Below are positions 43,170 through 50,572 of a stretch of DNA of 64,000 nt, piece after piece. Position numbers and translations under genes: made by a program. Every line of letters starts with the position of its first letter. The first letter of the stretch is position 1. The DNA is taken from positions 2,186-66,185 of the forward strand of contig CAZTXP010000119.1 of NCBI GenBank assembly GCA_964617355.1, written 5' to 3'. The notes under the pieces are model-generated. The model was not told where the DNA came from. It did no database searches and worked only from the letters and a program-made list of their open reading frames with translations. The DNA is from an uncultured Enterobacteriaceae bacterium (GTDB taxonomy: Bacteria > Pseudomonadota > Gammaproteobacteria > Burkholderiales > SG8-39).

Positions 43170-43197
43170 CCTTCCTCCTGAACCGTAGTTGGCCGAC

Positions 43198-43223
43198 CTG
43201 TCATAAAAATGTCAAGATTGACA
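43198..43223. promoter_or_regulatory. Pho-box-like direct repeat (CTGTCAT-AAAA-ATGTCAA) overlapping the palindrome TGTCAAGATTGACA
   Basis: Compare the E. coli PhoB box consensus CTGTCATA(A/T)A(T/A)CTGTCA(C/T). Sits in the 57-bp AT-rich divergent intergenic region. Confidence 0.5.
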
Positions 43224-43226
43224 GTT

Positions 43227-43979
43227 ATGCGAGCCATCATCATCGGCGCCGGCCGCGGCCGCCGCCTCATGCCGACGACCGAGAACGCCCCCAAGTGCTT
43301 CGCCGAGATCCAGGGCAAGCGCATCCTCGACTGGACCGTGGAGGCGCTGAAGGCGGGCGGCGCCACCGAGATCTGCTTCATCGGCGGGTACCGGATCGAG
43401 TCCGTACAACGGGAATACCCGGAGTTCACCTTCCGGCACAACCCGGAATGGGAGAACAACAACATCCTCGTGTCGCTGATGTATGCCGAGGACCTGATGG
43501 ACCAGCCGTTCCTCACCACGTACTCGGACATCCTCTTCACCGGCGACGTGGTGTCGGGCCTGGTGCAATCGAAGGCCGACCTCGCGCTCGGCATCGACAC
43601 CGACTGGAAGACGCATTACGCGCCGCGCACCCAGCACCCGCCGCACGATGCCGAGAAGGTGATCACCGCCAACGGCCGCGTGCAGCGCGTCTACCGCACC
43701 ATCCCGTACGACGACGCGACGGGCGAGTTCATCGGCGTGGCGAAGTTCTCCGCCGAAGGGGCGAAGCTGCTGCGCGAGCACTACCATCGCCGGCGCCGGG
43801 AATTCTGGGACAAACCCTATCGCGAGGCCGCGCAGTTCCAGAAAGCCTATTTGATCCACCTGTTCCAGGACATGATCGAGCAGGGCGTGGCATTCGGCCA
43901 CGCGGACACGCACGGCAACTACCGCGAGATCGACACCCAGGAAGACATGGACCTCGCGCAGAATGGCTGGCTGAAATGA
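43227..43979 (+). CDS. nucleotidyltransferase (LicC/PntC-like NTP-transferase fold)
   Basis: MRAIIIGAGRGRRLMP (G-x-G-x-R-L loop)..KCFAEIQGKRILDW. ATG 43227 preferred over 43209 by the family N-terminus. Confidence 0.8.
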   Translation: MRAIIIGAGRGRRLMPTTENAPKCFAEIQGKRILDWTVEALKAGGATEICFIGGYRIESVQREYPEFTFRHNPEWENNNILVSLMYAEDLMDQPFLTTYSDILFTGDVVSGLVQSKADLALGIDTDWKTHYAPRTQHPPHDAEKVITANGRVQRVYRTIPYDDATGEFIGVAKFSAEGAKLLREHYHRRRREFWDKPYREAAQFQKAYLIHLFQDMIEQGVAFGHADTHGNYREIDTQEDMDLAQNGWLK

Positions 43980-45034
43980 AGCGGCTCCCGCTCTTCCCGT
44001 CGTCGGTGGTGGGCTCGCTGCCGCGCCCGCAGCACGTACGCGAACTGATCGAGCGCCCGAGCTGGAACGAGGTCGAGTCGCGCGCCATGGACGCGGCGGT
44101 GCGCTACGCGGTGGCGATGCAGGAGATGGCGGGCCTCGATGTCGTCACCGACGGCGAGTGGCGCCGGCGCTCGTACATCGGCGTGATCGCCGAACTCGCG
44201 CACGGCTTCGCACTCGAGATCAACGTCGCCGACGGGCGGCCGTGGACCGTGGTCACCGAGAAGCTCTCGCCGAAGGAGCCCGGCTTCATCGCCGCCGAGG
44301 CGAAGTTCCTCAAGAGCGTGGCGACCGTCGGCACCAAGATCACGCTGCCGGCGCCGGGCCTGCTCGGCGAGCGCCTCTGGCACCCGGTGCGTTCGCGCAA
44401 GGCCTATCCGAAGCGCGAGGACTTCGTGCGCGACTGCGTCGAGCCGCTGCGCCGCGAGATCGCGCTGATCCGCGACCTCGGCGTCGACATCGTGCAGATC
44501 GACGATCCGCACCTGTGCCTGTTCGTCGATCCGGATGTGAGGAAGGCCTACGACGACCCCGATGCGGCGGCGCACTTCGCCGCCGACATGGTGAACGCGG
44601 TGGTGGACGGCTTCACCGGCATCAAGTTCGCGGTGCACCTCTGCCGCCGGGCTGGCGCGCGCGTGCGCGGCGAGAAACACCACGCCGGCACCTACGGCCC
44701 GATCCTCGAGCAGCTGAACAAGCTGAAGGTCCAGCACCTGACGATGGAGTTCACCGCCGCGGGCGCCGACGACCTCGAGAGCCTCGCGCGCCTGCGCGAG
44801 GACTTCGAGCTCGGCCTCGGCGTGGTCGACGTCACGCCCGGCGAGAAGCAGGACCCGAAGACCATCGTCGCGCGCGTCGAGCGGGCACTGACGCGAGTGG
44901 ACGCGAAGCGCATCACCCTGAACCCGGATTGCGGCTTCGCGCCGGGCTCGGCGGCGAAGGTGGACCTCGACGAGGTCTACGGCAAGCTCTGCGCGCAGTC
45001 GGAGGCGGCGAAACTCCTGCGCGAGCGTCGCTAG
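43976..45034 (+). CDS. half-size (single-barrel) MetE-like Zn-dependent methyltransferase
   Basis: ATGA overlap with the upstream gene. SSVVGSLPRP..DVVTDGEWRR..AVHLCRR (H-x-C)..TMEF..NPDCGF retains the MetE zinc ligands. 352 aa versus about 750 aa for full MetE. Confidence 0.8.
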   Translation: MKRLPLFPSSVVGSLPRPQHVRELIERPSWNEVESRAMDAAVRYAVAMQEMAGLDVVTDGEWRRRSYIGVIAELAHGFALEINVADGRPWTVVTEKLSPKEPGFIAAEAKFLKSVATVGTKITLPAPGLLGERLWHPVRSRKAYPKREDFVRDCVEPLRREIALIRDLGVDIVQIDDPHLCLFVDPDVRKAYDDPDAAAHFAADMVNAVVDGFTGIKFAVHLCRRAGARVRGEKHHAGTYGPILEQLNKLKVQHLTMEFTAAGADDLESLARLREDFELGLGVVDVTPGEKQDPKTIVARVERALTRVDAKRITLNPDCGFAPGSAAKVDLDEVYGKLCAQSEAAKLLRERR

Positions 45035-45041
45035 TCGCGCC

Positions 45042-46334
45042 TCAGGCGTGCACGATGCGCTCGTCCGCGAGCGCGAGGCGGTCGACCAGCGTGTGCATCA
45101 GCGCCAGCGACAGGTGCAGCTGGCAGTCCTTGCCCAGCTTCTGGATCGAGCCCGGCTCGAACTCGGCGATCAGCACGTCGCTCACCGCTTCCACGGTGGC
45201 CTGGCGCACCATGTCGCCGCCCTTCACGTAGGCCATCTCGCCGAAGTACTCGCCGGTGCGAAGCAGGTTCAGCAGGCGCCCCTGCTTGGTCACCTTCAGC
45301 TCGCCGCGGGCGAGGAACATCAGGCTGCCGCCGGTATCGCCCTCGCGCACGATCACTTCCTGCGAGGGCACGCGGCGCCACTGGCTGGCGTGCACGATCT
45401 CCCAGACGTCGGCGTCGCTCAGCCCGCCAAGGTGCGGGAAGGCGCGCAGCGAGCTGAACTTCTCGCGGTCGGTGATCGCCTGCTTGAAGCGGCTCAGCCG
45501 GCCGATGCCGGCGAGGTCGAGCGCGAGCTCGGCCCAGTCCGGATAGCGGTTGGCGGCCGACTTCTGCAGCATGCGCATCAGGATGCGGTCGAGCTCGGGG
45601 TCGAGCTCCGCGCGATGCGTGCTCGGCGGCGCGGGCTCGGCGTTCACCACCGCGTCGAACACCGCGTTCAGGCCCTTGCGCGCGAACGGGCGCACGCCGG
45701 TCAGCAGCTCGTAGAGCACCACGCCGAGCGAGAACTGGTCGCTCTGGTGGTTCAGCTCGCGGCTGCGCACCTGTTCCGGCGACATGTACAGCGGCGTGCC
45801 GATGTCGGCGATCTGCGTGTTCTCGGCGCGGCGCAGCAGCGCGGCGCCGAAGTCGGCGACCTTGACCATGGTGCCGCCGGCGAGCATCAGGTTCGCGGGC
45901 TTCACGTCGCGGTGGATCACGCCTTCGCGGAACGCGTAGTCGAGCGCGCCGCAGCACTTGAACGCGATCTCGATCACGTCCTCGATCGGCAGCAGGCGGC
46001 CCGGCTCGGTGTAGGGCGTGAGCGTGCCGCCGGGCACGTACTCGATGGCGATGTAGCCCGAGGCGTCCTCCAGCGACGCCTCGATGATGCCGGCGATGTG
46101 CGGGTGCTGCAGCTTGCCGGCGAGCGAGGCCTCGTTCATGAACTGGCGGCGGTTGCTCTGGCCGAAGTCCGGATTGGTCATCAGCGTCGTGTCGAGCACC
46201 TTCAGCGCGACCTCGGCGCCGGAGAAGGTGTCGAGCGCGCGGTAGACCGTGCCGCAGGCGCCCTTGCCGAGCAGCTCGAGCAGCTCGAACTTGCCGACGC
46301 GCTGGCGCGGCACCTCGACGGTCCGGGATTTCAT
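45042..46334 (-). CDS. Hanks-type Ser/Thr protein kinase fused to a C-terminal cyclic-nucleotide-binding domain
   Basis: GKGACGTVY..ALK (VAIK-like), HRDVKPANLM, VADFG, YMSPEQ. C-terminus GDTGGSLMFLARGELKV..GEYFGEMAY is CAP-effector-domain-like. Confidence 0.85.
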   Translation of the reverse strand: MKSRTVEVPRQRVGKFELLELLGKGACGTVYRALDTFSGAEVALKVLDTTLMTNPDFGQSNRRQFMNEASLAGKLQHPHIAGIIEASLEDASGYIAIEYVPGGTLTPYTEPGRLLPIEDVIEIAFKCCGALDYAFREGVIHRDVKPANLMLAGGTMVKVADFGAALLRRAENTQIADIGTPLYMSPEQVRSRELNHQSDQFSLGVVLYELLTGVRPFARKGLNAVFDAVVNAEPAPPSTHRAELDPELDRILMRMLQKSAANRYPDWAELALDLAGIGRLSRFKQAITDREKFSSLRAFPHLGGLSDADVWEIVHASQWRRVPSQEVIVREGDTGGSLMFLARGELKVTKQGRLLNLLRTGEYFGEMAYVKGGDMVRQATVEAVSDVLIAEFEPGSIQKLGKDCQLHLSLALMHTLVDRLALADERIVHA

Positions 46335-46347
46335 CGTCGCGCGCCCG

Positions 46348-47367
46348 CTAGCGATGGCGCCGGCTGGCGAGCGCGGCGCCGGCGGCCAGCGCACGCAGCT
46401 TCGCGGCCGCGATCTCGCGGTCCATCGGCGCCATGCCGCAGTTGGTGCACGCCACCAGGTGCTTCCTCGGCACGTACTTCAGCGCGCGGCCGATGGTCGC
46501 CGCGACCTCGGCGGGCGTCTCGACGCGGTCCGACGCGACGTCGATCACGCCGACCATGACGTCCTTGCCCTTCAGGAGCGCCATCAGCTCCGGCGGCACC
46601 TTCGAGTGGATGCACTCCAGCGACACCTGGTCGATCGACGAGCGCGCGAGCGCCGGGAAGACCTTCTCGTACTGGCGCCACTGCGCGCCGAGCGTCTGCT
46701 TCCAGTCCGTGTTGGCCTTGATGCCGTAGCCGTAGCAGATGTGCACGGCGGTCGTGCACTTCAGGCCTTTCGCCGCCCTTTCCAAGGCCTGGATGCCCCA
46801 GCGGTTGACGTCGTCCATGTAGACGTTGAACGCCGGCTCGTCGAACTGCACGATGTCGATGCCGTCGCGCTCCAGTCCCTTCGCCTCGCGGTTGAGCAGC
46901 CCCGCGAACGCCATCGCCAGCTTCACCTTGTCGCCGTAGTGGCGGTCGGCGAGCGTGTCGACGATGGTCATCGGGCCGGGCAGCGTGAACTTGATCTTCT
47001 TCTTCGTATGCGCGCGCATCAGGCGCGCCTCGGCGGCGTGCACGCGGCCCTTGAGCCTGAGCGGACCGACCACGACCGGCACCATCGCGTCGTAGCGGTT
47101 GTCGCGGATGCCCATCTTCACCTTGTGCTCGAAGTCGATGCCCTCGATCTGCTCGAGGAACCCGTGCACGAAGTGCTGCCGCGACTGCTCGCCGTCGGTG
47201 ACGATGTCGACGCCGGCGTCCTCCTGCTCCTTCAGCCACAGCAGCGTCGCGTCGGCCTTGGCGCGGGTGAGTTCCGCGCCGCTCGCGCGCCACTCGGGCC
47301 AGAGCTTCTTCGTCTCGGCGAGCCAGCCGGGCTTGGGCAGGCTGCCGGCGATCGTGGTCTTGAACAT
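46348..47367 (-). CDS. half-size (single-barrel) MetE-like methionine-synthase-family protein
   Basis: TTIAGSLPKPGWL..DIVTDGEQSRQHFV..AVHICYGYG (H-x-C)..SLECIH..ACTNCGMAP. GGAGGAGG Shine-Dalgarno. Kinase gene follows 13 nt downstream. Confidence 0.85.
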   Translation of the reverse strand: MFKTTIAGSLPKPGWLAETKKLWPEWRASGAELTRAKADATLLWLKEQEDAGVDIVTDGEQSRQHFVHGFLEQIEGIDFEHKVKMGIRDNRYDAMVPVVVGPLRLKGRVHAAEARLMRAHTKKKIKFTLPGPMTIVDTLADRHYGDKVKLAMAFAGLLNREAKGLERDGIDIVQFDEPAFNVYMDDVNRWGIQALERAAKGLKCTTAVHICYGYGIKANTDWKQTLGAQWRQYEKVFPALARSSIDQVSLECIHSKVPPELMALLKGKDVMVGVIDVASDRVETPAEVAATIGRALKYVPRKHLVACTNCGMAPMDREIAAAKLRALAAGAALASRRHR

Positions 47368-47441
47368 GGTCCTCCTCCAGGAAGTCGCGAGTGTACTGCG
47401 GGGCGCCTAAAGCGGGACGCTTCCGGGTCGTTAACAGGGGA

Positions 47442-47765
47442 ATGCGCCGCCTCATCCTCCTTGCGTTCGCCCTCGCCGCCGCATTGCCGGCCTCGGGGCG
47501 CACGCTCGAGTGCCGGTACGTCGGCGGCGCCGACAACCTGCTGCACCTCGCCTGCGAGGACCTCGAGGCCGAGGACGATCCCGCACTCGCCGACCCTCGG
47601 CGCCCGCGCTGGTGGCGCATCCCGCTGTGGTCCGCCGCGCCGTACCGCGACAGCGACCCGCTGCGGCTGGCGCGCGCGGTGCTGTGCCGGCGCGGCGAGG
47701 CTTGCGACGTCCGCATGGCGGGCTTTCAGGCGCCGTCGCGCGCGCTCGCCGCCAGCCGCGACTAG
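47442..47765 (+). CDS. small secreted Cys-containing hypothetical protein (107 aa)
   Basis: MRRLILLAFALAAALPASG signal. Four Cys. GC3-rich codons. The 3' end overlaps the convergent MFS gene by 4 nt. Confidence 0.45.
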   Translation: MRRLILLAFALAAALPASGRTLECRYVGGADNLLHLACEDLEAEDDPALADPRRPRWWRIPLWSAAPYRDSDPLRLARAVLCRRGEACDVRMAGFQAPSRALAASRD

Positions 47766-49006
47766 GGGCGGTAGGTCTCGGGCTCGCGCCGGAGCGTGAC
47801 GAGCCACAGCCACGCGAGCAGCTGCACAGCCACCAGGATGCCGAACGCGATTGCGTAGCCGCGCGGGTCGTAGCGCCCGGCCTCGGCCGGGAACTGGCGC
47901 AGGATCGCGCCCACGCCCCATTGCGCGGAGAACGAGGACACGAACATCACGATGTTGAGCGAGGTGTTCACGCGCCCGGTCATGTCGGGCGGGTAGTGGC
48001 GCGTGAGGAGCACGTAGGACAGGGCCGGCGCGACCGCCGAGGCGCCGTAGGCCACCACCAGCGCGAACTTGCCCTGCGCCGGCGCCCAGGCGAGGCCCGC
48101 GAGCGCGACGATGGCGACGAAGGTCCCGGTCTTGAAGATCGCCAGCCGCGAGATGCCGCGCGCGGCGAGCTGGTCGGCCGCGACGCCGATGGCGAACGAG
48201 GAGATCGTGTAGCCGAGCGCGGCCGCGAAGAGCCACTGCGCCGCGGTGCCGCGCTCCAGGCCGGCGACGTCCATCGCCCAGGGCGCCAGCCACAGGCCGA
48301 TCAACGACTGGTAATTCGCGTGCACCGTCATCAGCGGAAGGCCGACGCGCCAGAAGAGCGGCTGCCGGAAGATCGCGCCCATGCGCCGGAACGCCTCGCC
48401 CCAGGCCTCGCGCGCGGCGGCGAGCGGCTTCTCCGGCACGACCGTGGCGATGTAGGCGGCGCAGGCGACGCACAGCGCGGCGAGCAGCCAGAACATCGCG
48501 CGCCAGCCCCAGGCGCCGGCGCCGGCCTCGATCGGCATCGTGGCGGCGAGGCCGCCGAGACCGCCGGCCGCGATCGCCATGCCGTTCAGCGTCGCCATGC
48601 GCTCCAGCGGGAACCACATCGAGAACGCCTTCATCGAGCCCATCAGGCACGACGAGACGCCGATGCCGATCAGGGCGCGCGACAGCGCGAGCGTGCCGAA
48701 GCCCTCGGCCATCGCGAACGAGGCGGAGCCGGCCGCCGCGAGCAGCAGCAGGCCCGCGGTCACGCGCCGGGGCCCGTAGCGGTCGAGGAACACGCCTACC
48801 GGCACCTGCATCGTGGCGAACGAGAGGAAGTACGCGCTCGTCAGCAGCCCGAGTTCGGCGGGCGACAGCGAGAACTCGATCGCGAGGTCCTTGGCGATCA
48901 CCGCCGTGACGTTGCGGAAGAGGAAACTCAGGAAGAAGCCCGCGGCGAACGGGCAGAAGACGACGAGGACCAGCCGCGCCGGGAGCGGGGCGCTCCCGGC
49001 GTTCAC
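47762..49006 (-). CDS. MFS transporter
   Basis: Twelve hydrophobic segments. GVFLDRYGPRRV (MFS motif A-like). GTG start shares GTGA with the upstream permease stop. Confidence 0.85.
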   Translation of the reverse strand: MNAGSAPLPARLVLVVFCPFAAGFFLSFLFRNVTAVIAKDLAIEFSLSPAELGLLTSAYFLSFATMQVPVGVFLDRYGPRRVTAGLLLLAAAGSASFAMAEGFGTLALSRALIGIGVSSCLMGSMKAFSMWFPLERMATLNGMAIAAGGLGGLAATMPIEAGAGAWGWRAMFWLLAALCVACAAYIATVVPEKPLAAAREAWGEAFRRMGAIFRQPLFWRVGLPLMTVHANYQSLIGLWLAPWAMDVAGLERGTAAQWLFAAALGYTISSFAIGVAADQLAARGISRLAIFKTGTFVAIVALAGLAWAPAQGKFALVVAYGASAVAPALSYVLLTRHYPPDMTGRVNTSLNIVMFVSSFSAQWGVGAILRQFPAEAGRYDPRGYAIAFGILVAVQLLAWLWLVTLRREPETYRP

Positions 49007-49788
49007 TCGGCGGCGGCCGGCTCGGTGGCCGAGCCCCGGTCCCAGAACACGATTCTCTGGTGCAGGAAGCGGACCAGCTGGCTGCCGGCGATGCCGAGGA
49101 CCGCGAGACTTGCCAGAGCGGCGAACATCACGTTGGTCTCGAGGTTGACCGCGGAGGCGTTGATCAGGTGGCCGAGGCCGCGCGTGGACGAGACGAACTC
49201 CGCCACCACCGCGCCGATCAGGCCGAGCACGATCGCGATCTGCAGGCCGGCGAAGATGTGCCCCGCGGCGGAGGGGATCTTGATGCGCACGAGGATGTTC
49301 CAGCGCGAGGCCGAGAAGGCATGCATGAGATCCAGCAGCGCGGGATTTACCTGCTTCAGGCCGACCACGGTGTTGATGAACATCGGGAAGAAGCACACCA
49401 GCGCCACCATCACGACCTTGGAGGCCATGTCGAAGCCGAACCAGACGATGATCAGCGGCGCGAGCGCCACCTTCGGCATGGACTGCAGCGACACCACGAA
49501 CGGGTGCAGCACGCGCTCCACCGCGCGCGACTCGGCGAACACGCAGCCGAGCACGAACGCGGCGCTGCAGCCGAGCGCGTAGCCCGACACCATCGATGTG
49601 AGGGTGAAGAAGAAGTGCTTCCAGAACTCGCCCTCGACGTAGCCGCGCTTCATCGCGGCGAGCACGCCTTCCGGGGTCGGCAGGATGAAGTTCGGGATCT
49701 TGAACACCCGGATCGCGACATCCCACAGCACAACCACGATGACGAACGCGATCAGCGGGTGGACGATCGATTTCAGGCGTTCGTTCAT
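49003..49788 (-). CDS. ABC transporter permease (NitT/TauT family)
   Basis: LQSMPKVALAPLIIVWFGFD..ASRWNILVRIKIPSAAGHIFAGLQIA (EAA-like loop). ATGA overlap with the ATPase gene. Confidence 0.9.
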   Translation of the reverse strand: MNERLKSIVHPLIAFVIVVVLWDVAIRVFKIPNFILPTPEGVLAAMKRGYVEGEFWKHFFFTLTSMVSGYALGCSAAFVLGCVFAESRAVERVLHPFVVSLQSMPKVALAPLIIVWFGFDMASKVVMVALVCFFPMFINTVVGLKQVNPALLDLMHAFSASRWNILVRIKIPSAAGHIFAGLQIAIVLGLIGAVVAEFVSSTRGLGHLINASAVNLETNVMFAALASLAVLGIAGSQLVRFLHQRIVFWDRGSATEPAAAE

Positions 49789-50570
49789 TCGAAGGTGACC
49801 AGTTCGGTGAACAGTGCGCGCAGTTCGTTGGAGATCGCCACGAACTTCGGGTCGGCCATGGTGGCCAGCGTCCGTGGGCGCGGCAGGTCGATCTCGACCT
49901 CGCGGATCGTGCGGCCGGGGCGGGAGGAGAGCACCACGATGCGGTCGGACAGGAACACCGCTTCCGGGATCGAGTGCGTGATGAACACGACACTCTTTCC
50001 AGCGCCCATCCAGATGCGCTGCAGCTCCACCATCATGTGCTCGCGCGTCATTGCGTCGAGCGCGGCGAAGGGCTCGTCCATCAGCAGCAGCGCCGGGTCG
50101 TGCACCAGGCCGCGCGCGATGCCGACGCGCTGCTGCATGCCGCCGGAGAGCTCGCCGGGATAGTGCGATGCGAACTTCTCCAGGCCGACGAGCTTGAGCA
50201 GCGCCATCGCCTTCGCGCGGCCGGCGGCCGGGTCGAGGCCGAGCGTGCGCACCGGCAGCAGCACGTTGTCGAGCGCGGTCTGCCAGGGCAGCAGCGTCGG
50301 CTGCTGGAAGACGATGCCGACGTCGCGGCGCGGGCCGTCGATCTCGCGCCCGGCGAGCGTGACGCGCCCGCCCGAGGGCCGGAGCAATCCTGCGACGATC
50401 TTCAGCAGCGTCGACTTGCCGCAGCCCGACGGGCCGAGCACCGAGAGGAATTCGCCCGGGCGCAGCGTCGCGTCGAGGCCTTCCAGCGCCTTTACGGGCC
50501 CGCGCGCCGACGCATAGGTGACCGCGAGCTTCTCCGCCCTCAGCAGCACGTCGGGGGCGGTCGCGCTCAT
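49785..50570 (-). CDS. ABC transporter ATP-binding protein (NitT/TauT family)
   Basis: GPSGCGKSTLLK, LSGGMQQRVGIARGL and LLLMDEPFAALD motifs. Confidence 0.9.
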   Translation of the reverse strand: MSATAPDVLLRAEKLAVTYASARGPVKALEGLDATLRPGEFLSVLGPSGCGKSTLLKIVAGLLRPSGGRVTLAGREIDGPRRDVGIVFQQPTLLPWQTALDNVLLPVRTLGLDPAAGRAKAMALLKLVGLEKFASHYPGELSGGMQQRVGIARGLVHDPALLLMDEPFAALDAMTREHMMVELQRIWMGAGKSVVFITHSIPEAVFLSDRIVVLSSRPGRTIREVEIDLPRPRTLATMADPKFVAISNELRALFTELVTFE

Positions 50571-50572
50571 CG

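Noticed and set aside
43209-43226. Track start codon at 43209 for the nucleotidyltransferase ([11 protein letters not shown]..)
   Set aside because: The NTP-transferase family normally starts 2-5 residues before the G-x-G-x-R-L loop, which fits ATG 43227. The extra six codons lie inside the Pho-box/palindrome. This is kept as an alternative only.
47368-47441. Possible SAM-II, cobalamin or other riboswitch upstream of the MetE-like gene at 46348-47367
   Set aside because: The divergent spacer is only 74 bp and ends in a strong GGAGGAGG Shine-Dalgarno. I could not find the conserved cores of the cobalamin (too short) or SAM-II elements by eye. An Rfam/Infernal scan would settle it.
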